Shown piece after piece: positions 13,539 through 25,342 of a stretch of DNA of 64,000 nt. The position numbers were made by a program, and so were the translations under genes. How positions within the stretch are numbered: position 1 is the first letter of the stretch; each line of letters opens with the position of its first letter. Where the stretch lies: contig JAMDHS010000054.1 in NCBI GenBank assembly GCA_029717555.1, positions 62,001 through 126,000 on the forward strand, given 5' to 3'. This stretch comes from Peribolospora baueri. Its lineage: Eukaryota. The notes beneath the pieces were generated by a model. That model worked only from the letters and a program-made list of their open reading frames with translations, was not told where the DNA came from and did not search any database.

Positions 13539-15385
13539 ATGCCGCCATCACCAACAGCGTCCTTCGCCGGTTCGACGTCTCGAGCAATGCGAAACGTTGG
13601 CGCGTGTCGTCGAGCCGTGGTGAACGCTCGAGGACTGGCTACGCTTCGAAACACAACGGAGAGGGGGTCCGGGTGAGTGGGCCTTTTTTGCCTTCTATAC
13701 AGTGCGCGGCGACTGGATGCTGTCGGCTGCCGCCAGTTCCGGCTCTCATAGATGTTCTCACGTTCCTCTGCCGCTCTGTATTCATTTCGCTCGTAAAGGC
13801 CGACAGGTGTGTGCATTTTGTCACTGACGTCTCAAGAGGATAGACATTGACGGTGTATATACTGATTTCGCTTTAATCATGCACAGGCATCGTCCTTATG
13901 AATATGGGCGGTCCGTCAACGGTGGGCGCCTTCGCGCTTTCCTGCTCCCGCTTTGCTGATCGCATGCTGACCATTGCCCTCATCTTCCCCTTCGTCTTCA
14001 TCTGCCTGTGTTATCCGCCTCCAGCTGGAGGAAACGGGATCCTTCCTCTCCAACCTCTTCCATGATCGGGACATCATTCAGATACCGCTGCAGTCCCAAC
14101 TCGCTCCCCTCATCGCCAAACGACGTACCCCCAAGATTCGAGAGCAGTACGACAAGATAGGCGGCGGCTCTCCAATCCTCCGATGGACGCGCACCCAAGG
14201 CGCAGCGATGGCCAAGCTACTCGACGAGCTTCACCCTTCCACTGCGCCGCACCTACCTTACGTCATGTTCCGGTATGCGGAGCCTCTTACCGCGCCTACG
14301 CTGGACGAGATGGAGAAGGATGGTGTGAAGAGGGCGGTCGCGTTTTCGCAGTATCCTCAGTACAGCTGCTCTACCACGGGAAGCAGTTTGAACGAGCTGT
14401 ATAGACTGCTCAAGAAAAGGGACCCGAATCAGGAGAGGATCAAATGGAGCGTCATCGATCGCTGGCCCACACATCCTGGCCTCGTAGAGGTGCGTGGCCT
14501 GACGTCTGTCGGAAGCGAGCCGCTACAATTGACGTCTTGTCCTTTCTCACCCGCCGATTTATATTTTTCTTTCTGTATGGCTTCTGTGTTGCAGGCTGTG
14601 GCCCAACGCGTCCGCCAGGCTCTATCCCGTTATGACCCCAACCAACGCTCGGCAGTGCCGATCCTCTTTTCTGCGCACTCCCTCCCCATGTCCTTCGTCT
14701 CCGGTCGCGGAGATCCCTACCCGGCAGAAGTGGCCGCAACGGTGCACGCGGTAATGACCGCACTAGGGTTCAGCAACCCTTGGCGTCTCACTTGGCAATC
14801 CCAGGTTGGTCCCTCCTCTTGGCTCGGTCCGCAGACGAGCGACGCCGTGATGGGACTGGCAAAGCAGGGCTTCAAGGACGTCGTCGTTGTGCCTATCGCC
14901 TTCACCAGCGATCACATTGAGACGCTGTATGAGTTGGATATTGAGCTCAAGGAGGAGGCGGACAAGGTGGGTCTCGAATCGTTCTCTTCGGGTCGCCTCG
15001 TGTGCCCTACTCATTCATTCTCCCTTTCCCTTTTATCTTTCTTCCCTCCTTTTTCTCGTCTGCACTTGTCTCCATCTTCTGCTGCCCACTCTACCAGCAC
15101 GGTATCCATCTTAACCGAGCCGAATCCTTGAACGACTCGCCGCTCTTCATCCGCGCCCTGGCCGACATCGCCGCCGAACACCTCTCCGCCCTGACTTCCT
15201 CTTCCGCTTCATCGAATTCTTTGCGCACCCAAACCACAGCTGGCGAAGACGGTTCCTTGAACGGCTTCAAACCAGCCCTCTGGAACACGGGCTTGCCGAC
15301 GAGCAGACAGATGGCGCTCAGGTGTCCCAACTGTCCCAATGCCTTGTGCGGCGAGCAGAAGAGATTTTTCGGTGCGGTCTTGTAG
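13539..15385 (+). CDS. HEM15: Mitochondrial ferrochelatase, [2Fe-2S]-type C-terminus
   Basis: Arg/Ala/Ser-rich presequence-like exon 1. Motifs [83 protein letters not shown] and C-terminal [10 protein letters not shown]. Confidence 0.97.
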
Positions 15386-15950
15386 AAGGCGAGGGAGGTC
15401 CAACGTGCTCGAGGGATGGATATAAACGGCGGGACCTGGTTTCGAGAACACGCGTCTAGTTAGCGTCAGCGGTGTGGATGGGCGTCGCATGGGTGGGCGT
15501 GGCCCTGTCTTGTCGATCGCGACGAGTGCTCGTCGGAATTCCGCGGAAGTTACCCCATGAAGCTCAGCATCGCCCGCTGGAAGTTCGATCGGCCGTCTTC
15601 GACGACCAGTCAGTCTGCTGGGATGTTTTCGAAATCGAGCTGACTCGTTCTGGTGCTGGGTGCAAGGAGGGGAACGGAGAGAAGCTAAATTACAAGCAAA
15701 AAAAAAGCTAGCCGCCGTTCCCTTGTGGCCTGAGATCAGACTGCATTGCATGGTCGGAAGACCGGTCGGTCGGTTCAGACGGACGCGGCGAGCCGTGCAC
15801 ATTTTCGAAACAAAATTCATTCCAGCTCTACCCTCTTCATACGTCTATTTCCATTCCATACGTCCACTCTCCAGTCTTGCAGGGAGCACAAACCGAGCGG
15901 CCTCTAGAGAGGAGGATGACAGGAAGACTTGGAAGGTTGGAGGCAAATCG

Positions 15951-16961
15951 TCAGAGGTGGAGCCGCCTTTTGAGCTCCCCGCTCTGCTGTGCGGCGAGGA
16001 GCGCATCGCAACCTGTTGTTTTCGGATGAGGGAAAGAGAAGGAGAGGGCGAGAGTCGCAAAAGTGGGACGAGAAGGGACGGGGGAAAAACAGGGCAGCCG
16101 AAGGAGATTGATTGTCAGCACAAAAGCACAGATTAAATGCTCCGTCCGTCGACCAAAACCCAGTGACTCGCCGGCCTTCTCACCTCCGACATGCTTGCCC
16201 TCAATGAAGATATTCGGAACAGTGCGCTGGCCAGTCTTCTGAGCTGTATACATGCAGATGAGGAGGAAAGAAGGGGGGAAGGTCAGCGGTCCGCCATCGG
16301 GGCACCCAAAACGCGCTCGTGGCGTCGAGATGGGATATTGGACAGCAACGGGGACGATTGAGGAAAGCAAGTGAAAGAAAGAGATGGGAGCTTAGCTCAC
16401 CAAGGTACGCCTGAATTTCGTCACCCTCGTTCATATGATCCAGCTCGAACACCTTGACTTTGGAAGCGTCTAGGGGGTACGAGTTCAAGACGCTCTTGAC
16501 GCTGTCAAGGCCAATGTTGAATCAGACGAGCGCGCGAGCAAAGACGGTGCGCTTATTAGCGCCTGCAATAGGGACGTAAATTATACGGAGCTTGGCTGGA
16601 CGAGGGAGCGAGGCAAATGAGACGAACCGCTTGGAGTAAGCGCACCAGGACTTGGAGAAGACGGTGACGAAGCTATGGCGACGAGGAGAGCGAGGAGAAG
16701 ACGCGCGGAAAGGTTGCGGGTAAGCAAGTCTGCCCGACCCTAAGAGCGGACAAGGAGGACAAAGGGGCGGTTCGTGCTCACTTCTCCGAAATGGCTTTCT
16801 GATATCCCGTAATTGGCGAGACAGTGTGGCGACAGAGAGGAAGTGTGTGAGGACGAGGCGAGAGGTCAGCCAGAGCAAGGGAGAGGCTGTGATTGTCCCG
16901 AGCAAGGTCACTAGCGCGGCGAGGCTACTCAACACACCTCGGCTATCTGCTTGGCGGCCAT
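15951..16961 (-). CDS. Small glutaredoxin (class I fold) with monothiol CAYS active site; five exons
   Basis: Spliced product: MAAKQIAE/KAISEN/FVTVFSKSWCAYSKR/VKSVLNSY..FELDHMNEGDEIQAYL/AQKTGQRTVPNIFIEGKHVG/GCDALLAAQQSGELKRRLHL*. Confidence 0.9.
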
Positions 16962-17369
16962 GATTGGAGCACTTGCGACGAAGGACGGTGGGGGATGTGA
17001 GTGGAGGACGAGGGGGAGAAAGATGGAGGACGACGGATCGGCGGCAGTAGGAACAAGAATAGTGATCGGTGGATTCGATCCCACCGGCGACTTGGCCTCC
17101 GCTCACCTTTACGAGCATTACAGCCATTCCTAGTTGCATTACAAATTATCCGTATCCACCGCGGACCGGAGCACCGCCTATCAGCGACGCAGCGGGCGGA
17201 CCGCGCCTGAAAGTCCATCATCACGCCGGCCTTCCAGCTCTTCTTGCGAAACTCGAGGCTCGAATCTGACGGAGGTCGCGCATCCCCGTCTCCTCCTGCT
17301 CGCTCCTTCGCCTTGCGCCATTACCACTTCTGAAGAAGCTAGCAAGACAGACGGCACTAGTTTTACGCC

Positions 17370-18851
17370 ATGGACGAGGAATACGAGAGCGTACTCTTCG
17401 TCGCCAGGGAGGCATTTGGTGAGCGGTGACGTTTGCTTTCGGCTTTTGAGGAGCAGGCCGGCAGATATGCGGACAGACAGGGCCATAGATCAACTTGGAC
17501 GTGTTTGACTCGTGGTTGTGGATATGCTTGAGGACGATTAGGCGGGTGGGGAAACGGCAACGAGCTGACGCAGGGCTTGGCGCATCTCCTTCTCCTTGAA
17601 TCTCATCGTGTCACCTTTTCCCCCTACCATGGCCTCTTTGCCGTTCTCAAGTCTACAAAGTCCCTCCTCGACAGTCGAACGCAGGCTACAGGTAAGCCTC
17701 TGCTCCTAAGCCTCCTTCTTTCCTCCTTCCTCTTTCGCTTCTCCTGCATACATCGGGACGCGTAGCTCGCTCTCTTGGCGGGTTGGTAGGAACCGCAATC
17801 CGATCCTCGATCTCACCCTTTTCTCCCTCTTTTTTTTTTTTTCCTACACACGCCTCATCAATTACAGAGCAGCGGAATGGGGCGATATGGAAGCGTTCCT
17901 GTGGAAAGGGCGTCTTCGCATCATAGAGAGGGGCCACGGCGATAAGGAGAGCAAGTGCGAGATCAGACTTGAAGATAGCAATTCTGGTGAGCATTGCGGA
18001 GTCTTCAAGTATCAACGGCATTGGTCAACGCGTCGTTCAACTATGCACATGGGGCGGGTTGAGGAGAGGGGCTCCGGTGCTCACGCTATGCTTCCTTCCA
18101 TTGCGACGGCCCTTTTTCCGATTCTACGGTCACCAGGGGAACTCTTTGCTCTCTCCCCTTACGATCTCTCCGGCCGCTCTGTAGAGCCTGTGCTAGACTC
18201 GAGCCGCTACTTTGTCCTGACCGTTGAGGACGTCACTACAAAGAGAAAGGCTTATATTGGGATGGTGAGTTGAGATTGGCATTGGCGTTGTGGAGTGATA
18301 GTTGATATGACGATGCCCAAGGGAAGGTTCTTCGTTGTGGACGATGCCGAGGCGACTGGACGCCGTATAATTGAGCTGAGTTGAACTGACTCGCGAACAA
18401 CGATCCAAACGTGACCCACCGAATCGTAGGGCTTTCAAGACCGGAGCGAGTCGTTTGACTTCAACGTCGCCCTGCAGGACTGGACAAAGTGAGCGCGGGG
18501 CAAGGCAGCCGATCGGTCTGTTTTCGCATCCTGACTCTCTACGACAACTTCACCCCCTCCCTATCCAATGCTTCTCGCAGACGCCAAAAACAGGCTCTCG
18601 CTCCACCCTCTCCTACCTCCAACGGCGCCTCCAAAGCCTCCCCCCATATCCCTTCAGGCCCGAAAAAGGACTTTTCCCTCAAGGAAGGCGAACGCATCTC
18701 CATCTCTTTGCCCGGTCGCAAGAATGCTGGCACTGGCGGTGCGGGAGGGGCGCGGACGACGGGCTCGTTGATGGGCGGTGGGGTCGGGGAAGGTGCACCG
18801 CTGCCTTTGTTGCCTCCCCCGCCGAGCTCTGGAAGTTCGAGGAGAAAGTGA
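17370..18851 (+). CDS. Adaptin ear-binding coat-associated protein (NECAP-like, PHear domain)
   Basis: MDEEYESVLFVAREAF/VYKVPPRQSNAGY/RAAEWGDMEAFLWKGRLRI, GELFA, VEPVLDSSRYFVL, AYIGM/GFQDRSESFDFNVALQDW, KDFSLKEGERISI and LLPPPPS. Confidence 0.92.
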
Positions 18852-19193
18852 AGGAATGGTGTGGACGGCGCTGGGCGTATGATGCTAGGCGTGGCCGCCT
18901 CCAGATTCGTTGGAGACGTCAGACCAATTCAACCCGGAGCTCGCGTTCAGCCTTGTCGGACAGAGGTTCGACTTGTCTCGCTCAGCCGCTTCTCGGGCAT
19001 CCACTTTGATCGGTTCAGAAAGGGGCTGGCACCGTGGCCGTGTTGGGGTGAAAGTGCTTGAGCCGACGTGTGCTTGGCCTTTGAGTTAAGATCCATCATC
19101 ACATCATTGCTTGCCTGTTTGCTTCTTCTCGTCATGTGTAGGGGCTCGGGCGTTTGAACGGCTGGCTCGGAATGCATAGAGGACCTGCTGTTA

Positions 19194-19878
19194 CAGTCAA
19201 CCCTGTCTGTTAGCATGCGGGTCCATAGGCATGCCTTCGCATAGTGCATAGCGATCTCCCTTTCCCGCTTGTCCCCAGCCAAAAATTGACTGCCCCCAGC
19301 CAAAATACCGGTCTATATGCATCCTGGCATAACCGCATATTGCATAGCACTGACACCGGTGCCTTCCTTACCAGTTATGCGCCCTCGGCATGCATAGTTA
19401 GGGTTGAGGGTCACGTGCACCATAGTTACGCGGCTGAAAGCGGACATGACAACTGTGCTGTTACTGCGGCCTACTTCTGCCCGTCTTCCTTCTACCTCTG
19501 CGGTTTTCCTCTTTGTATGCTCTCTTAACAATAACGAACCAGTAACATCCACTTTCGTCCATCCACCGTCAGTTCTAACATTACTACACGTGGATGCTTG
19601 TCCGCGTTTCACTATCTCTTTCAAAGAACATGTCAACGAGCAGCGTAAGCAAACCGATCTTCGACAATTCTTTTCCGCACACGCTTCTTCTTGAACATGG
19701 TTGTGTTATGACGGGTACATACTCTATAGTAAAGCTTGGAATTCATGTCTTGATGGACGTCATGGACTGTGGTAACGACTGCGGCAAATATGCATAGACC
19801 CCTCTGGGTAGTCAACCTCCCGCATACTGCATAGCACTCGGGCTATACAACTCTTATGCTTATAGACAGGGTTGACTG
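19194..19878 (+). mobile_element. Non-autonomous Tc1/mariner-superfamily (pogo/Tigger-like) DNA transposon derivative/MITE, copy 1
   Basis: 23-bp imperfect TIRs (CAGTCAACCCTGTCTGTTAGCAT versus reverse complement CAGTCAACCCTGTCTATAAGCAT), flanked by TA on both sides (19192-93, 19879-80). Subterminal CGCATAnTGCATAGC repeats. A homologous second copy lies at 49070-49678. Confidence 0.9.
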
Positions 19879-20541
19879 TAGTTCTAAACCACGTTCCAGT
19901 CGGCGTGAAAAGTACGGTCGGCCGGAGGCGAACTTGAACTTGAGCAGTATCAGTAAATGGAGGAGAAGAAGCTAACGAATGCGACCCTTGTAACGAACGA
20001 CGAGTGAAGCGACGGGTGTCTTATGGCGTCTCGCTGTGTTGAACACTGGTCAAGAGAAGCGTGTCCGCCTAGGGACGGTGTGCACGTTCGTTGGAACATG
20101 ATATGAACCGAGGGCGAATCCGTACCTCTCCGAAGAATGTCCTCTATGCTGTCGATGTCTTTCTTTATCTTGTCCTTCCTCCATCCCCACACCGTCGTCG
20201 TCCAGGTCTTACCTGCGCCGTGTGGCCCCGCGTTGCTGTTGCATCCGTCCCTCCTCCGTCCCCCCCGCAGAGTCTTGCCGGCCGAGGCGAGGTCACTCGA
20301 ACAACTAACACACTCGACCTCCTCACTCCTCCGTCCCCTCAGCTTGCTCACTGCTCAGCGTCAGAGGGCGCTCGCAGACTCGTTGTCGTTCGACCTTGTC
20401 GTCTCCGACGTCCAGCATCTCCCGTATCTACACCCGATTGCCCCATCCTCCTCCCTCTTTCGGGACTCGCGTCCGTCCTCCCCGCTTTCAATACCCCACA
20501 GGCTATCACGCCACGTCGAGCGCTTCCCCCTGTTTTGCCAC

Positions 20542-23500
20542 ATGGACGTATCGGCCGCGGTCCTGCCTTTGGAAGCCGTGGTGGAACAGGATCAGTCCGT
20601 CGCCCACAGCCCCAAGACCGACCACTCCTCTACAATGCCGGCACCTGCCATCATCAAGCCTTCCGCAGTGTCGAGTCCGAGCAAGGTTGCCGGGCCTTCA
20701 AGGCTGGATGGTCTCGCTCGTACGGCGTCGGCAAAGGGAAAGGCACTTCGAAGGGGGCGCACGGGATGGTGAGCGTGCTTGTGCTTTGGAGCAGTCTCAC
20801 TGGCGCGGAGAACCCCCCCCATGAATCCGAGATTTGCGCGCCTCAGGGAAGGCTCAAACATTTATGTGCCTTTCGGATTTGATCCAGTCTTACTTGCAGA
20901 CAGAGGCATCTCAAGTGTGAGTCCGTCTGCCCCTTCCTAGTTCGTTATTAGGATTCCCTGCGGCTCGCCCTCGCTCACCGTTCTCAAGCATTCACCGGTT
21001 TTCGCTCTGTCGTACTGTATGTAGGCGATGAAGCCAAGCCCATTTGCGAACGGTGTCGCAAGTCGAGACGAGAATGCGTCGAGGTAGATCCTCAATTTTG
21101 GAGTGGCCGTGGGAGGAGAACCGGCGGCCCCATACTCAGAGGGACTCCGCTCGGCCGGCCAAGCAACCGGACGAACTCGGTCACTCGTAAGTGTTCTTGG
21201 TGAGAAGAATAGAGGCGTCGTGGATTTAGACCGAGCCGTCTCTCTTGTGGTATGGATTGAGACAGTGGGCTTCAAGTTCGTTGACGAGACCTCCAAGGTG
21301 GCATCCGGGTATCGCAAGTCGTCTGGCGTCGGGCCTTTCGCCTCGCCACCGCCCTCGTCGGTGCTTTCATCATCGCAGACCGACGTTCGTACGCCATCCC
21401 TGCGGGAGGATTCCCTTCCCTGGCCAGATCTCACTCCTTCCAGTCCACCATCCGTAGCTCCACAAATCCCCAACTCCCCGCTTTCCTGCTCACCAAGTCG
21501 CCAGGAGGGCGCGTTCGCTCCCGAATCGTTTGACGAGCTTTCGCCGCCGACCGGAACTCCTGTAGGACTCTCGACGACCGCCACCGTGCAGCGCTCCTCC
21601 TCATCCTTGTCGGGATCGAGCCATCCATCCCCGATACATACTGCCGCGATCGCCAATCAAGCGTCGTCATCTTTAACAACTTTTGCTGCCCTCCCAGAGA
21701 TCATGAGTGCTGATTACGCCTCTGGACGACGGAACGGCGGCGATATCGACCAACTTACCACTACTACCGACGTGGGACTCTCCTTTCCCGACCTACCCTT
21801 CTCGACGCACATTTACAGCCTCTTCGACCCTGTCATAGAGTTCCCCGAACAGCCAGCTCTGGACCTCTCCTCACTGCTGGACCAAGTGGTCAGCCATCAG
21901 ACGGCCATCGAGCAGGGCTACAATGAGGCTCTCAGAGTTGTCTTGCCCGGCAGCCAAGAAGATGAGGAGAAGGAGAGAACGGAAAGAGAAAGCGGGGACG
22001 GCAATGGAGGTTCGTTTGAAGAGCTGGGATTACCGGAAAGAGATGAGCATTTGGTTTCGAGAAGGATTCCAAGGGGCGATCGGTTGATGATGATTTTAAT
22101 GAGGCACTACGTCGAGGTCGTCGGTCCTTGGGTGAGGGTTGTTCCTTTCACGTACGCCCCTGCTCTCTTTCTCATCGCATCGCATCGCTTTCCTTTTTTT
22201 TTCGTGCAGCTCGACATGACAGATTCCAGAAGACACTTCGGCACCATCATTCCCGAACGAGCCTTCTCCCACCCAGTCCTTATCAACGCCATCTTGGCTT
22301 TCAGTGCCCGTCACCTCTCCCGGCTGGATTCGATGGACGGACTGATCGCGGAATACTACCATTCGGAATGCGTCAAGAACATGATTCCCATGTTACAGGA
22401 TCATAGAGCGGCGGCGAGTGGGGCGTTGTTGGCCGCCATGACGATTTTGAGGATGTACGAGATGTTGGAGCGTGAGTTTCCGGTGTCCGTGATTCCCTCT
22501 CCTTCTTCCCCTGCTCGGCGGACCTTTTGACTTGGTCAAAGTCTTATGGTGCGCGCATATTCCATATCTTTCCTTTGACTACCGCCCTTGGACAGCTTCC
22601 GGAGCCGATCTGCAGCAGCACCTCCTGGGCTCCTGCTCGCTCATTGGAGTGGAGAGCATCTATGAAGAGTCAGATGAGCTGCGCAAAGCAGCCTTTTGGG
22701 TGCTATTGCGTCAGGACATCCTCTGGGTGAGCCCGGCGGCCATCTTGAGCTCCAAAGTTCTCGGCCCCATTGCATTTGGCTCAAGATTTACCGTTTTTAC
22801 CACTGTCTCCCTTTTTTTCCCCTTTGCTTGAAGGCCGAAAAACACCGTCGACCGACCATCATGGACCTCTCCTCCTGCTTCGTCACCTCGCTCGACCTCA
22901 CCTCTCCCACTTCGGACGAAATGTGGGCGAATAGAATGTATTATCTTTTAGCCAAGGTCATCAATTTCTCGTTCAGCCGATCACCGGACACGTGCAATGA
23001 GCGGAGGAGAGAGGAGTGGAAAGAGCTGAATGAGGCAGTGGAGAAATGGAGACAGAGCCTTCCGCCTGGGTTTCAGCCTTTTTGGTACGCAGAGGCGGAC
23101 GAGGGGGAGTTGAACCCTTTTCCATCGATTTGTGAGTGCCGCGACGCGCGAAAGGCATCCTGACTGGATTTATTCCGCTGACCGAAAGGTATTCCTTCTG
23201 TACCGGTTTTGCAGGGCTTCTTTCCGATTGGCACGGTGAGTCGTATGAGATCGAAAGACGCTCTTCCCCATTATAATACAACCGTCGCCTGACCCGTCTG
23301 TGTTCTGATGCTCTCCCTGGGCAGTCGCGAGCGTCCAATCCTATCATATGGCCCGCCTCCTTCTCTACACCCACTGTCTTTCTCCTCTCCCGGCCTCAGG
23401 CTCCTCTCTCGGCTTCAACGGCTTCCGTTTCTTTCAACGTCTCGACGAAGAGATCGTCAAGCACGCTAGAATCATCTGCGGCATTTCAGTCACGAATCGA

Positions 23501-23963
23501 TGTCAGAGCGCAAGGATAAGTGCAACGCAACAATTGGCGCTTGGTTCGTAAACCCCCATTTCTCGCCTAACCTTTTTGATCGTTTGATCGTTTACTTTGG
23601 GCCCGTCGCAGCGGGATTTAGGTCTTATCCTGTCGACGTCTGTCCGATATATGCTAATGATGTACCCCCTCCTTCTTTGCCTGCTGCCAGCTGGGAAATG
23701 CTTGCGGTCGCCTCGGGAAAAACGAATGCTCGTCCAAATCCTGCGCGAGATCGAGGCCGAGACGACATGGCCGGTTGATACGATCATCGAAGAGTTGTTG
23801 AGGGACTGGGGCTGGTCGAGCGAGCCAAGGCTAGGCACGGGAGCCGGCAGGCCAGAGTGTGGAGAGGTGAGCAAGTCGACGAGCCGTCCCTTGCTGCCCT
23901 CTTGCAGTCAAACGCAAGAGTACATATCGGAAGCCTTGACGCCCTCGTTCTTCTCAGGCTTAA
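20542..23963 (+). CDS. Zn(II)2Cys6 transcription factor with fungal-specific TF domain; multi-exon
   Basis: Binuclear cluster assembled across three introns: [33 protein letters not shown]. Middle domain LMRHYVEVVGPW/LDMTD.RRHFG, LINAILAFSARHL, LRKAAFWVLLRQDI and WANR. The 3' end (TAA 23961-63) is inferred via a final intron. Confidence 0.88.
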
Positions 23964-25342
23964 CTTCTAAGCACCTCCACAGCCAATTTCAGACGAGAGG
24001 ATTAAGCCGGTGCTATAGACACACAGCTGCCTCGGCTCGGCAACAGATGCTGGACCTCGTCCGCGTCCCCAACTTTTCCTATAGTACCCGGAAGGAAAAC
24101 GCTGAAGTTATTACGCGCGTGTTTGCAGTGACTTGACCGACCTTGCCGTCAAACGCCTCGTACCGGTCACCTCGGGAGCGACGACGTGCAATCGCTTCCA
24201 TTTGATGCTTTTGCAGCTGGGAAGCGACGTCCACAAGGCCCGGTCGTCTTTTAGATCGTGGCCCGAACCCCAGCGGCATCCATGCTGGTAGCCTTCGTTT
24301 CTGACATAGGGCGACGAGCCTCGGAGACGTACGGCTATCCCATCATCTCCTCGCCAGTAGCCTATCGTATCTTCATCCCTTTTTGGAACGAGTGAAAAGG
24401 AAAGCGGTGGAAAAACGACGGTGATGAGGCTGAAGTAGCAGCCGGATGAAGCGCACCACGCATGTCTCTACAACATCGTATTGTACGTCGAAATCAAAAC
24501 TTCCATCCATCTTCTTGACCATCCAATGGCACCATTATCATTTCGCTTCGCAACTCGCGGTCGACTGCGATCGAATTTCAACCAAGTCTCTTCCCGCACA
24601 TCCACGCCTTTCCAGGAACCGGCTAAACAGTTCGTAAACGGTCCCGCCCACGCTTGTGTCGCGCCGAACGTCTCAGATGCCCTCTTCCCCTTTGCGCCAC
24701 TGACTGACCAAGCCGAGACCCCCGCCGACACGGCGGCGCCGCATGGAACTTGCCGAGACCGATTCGGCTGCGCTCTTGTCCCAATCGGGCAAGCCGTTCT
24801 TTCTCTTTCCTATCGAGATGGCTGCGACTTGCGCTTGGCAAGGCGTCGACAAGCTGACAGCTGTTTTGAGTTGCCGCTGACCGCAATTTTCTTCCGCCCC
24901 CGCCCCAGCCGGCAAGCCGGCACTGACACGCGCCCTCCTCTGCTTCTGAGACGGATACGACTGTGCGGGGACCCCGCACAGTCGCGAAGCGAGCCCTTCC
25001 AAGCTCGTCCATACGAGGCGAAAAGTCGGCAAAGCAGAACGCCGCGAGCAAGGCGTTCTCTCGTTCGCATCCGATCGTCTTCTCTTCCACCGATTGTCTT
25101 CTCATCCACCTCTCCATCTTGTCCTTCGTTCGTCTACGTCACAACGGGTCCTGACTTGAGCTCTAGTTTACTAGCACTGAGACGATTTCGAACAAGAAAT
25201 GGAGCCGCAGGGTCGTCATCATATAAAGCTCACCTCGACTGTTTCCGTCTCGTCGCAGCTGCGTGGCAAACCCTGCTCCTGTGTCTTCTTTCTTCTTCTT
25301 CGCACTACCATCCCATCATTCCCGATCTCCAGTTTCCTGACC

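Noticed and set aside
16522..17139. 205-aa ORF giving the glutaredoxin a hydrophobic N-terminal extension (Grx6/7-like anchor)
   Set aside because: The hydrophobic stretch lies within a canonical GT-AG intron, the ORF has a non-ATG start, and the short spliced model gives a normal Grx N-terminus.
19194..19878. RIP-like hypermutation between the two element copies (many transitions)
   Set aside because: With only two copies the direction of change is unknown. Several changes are synonymous-site changes, and CpG/CpA sites remain abundant.
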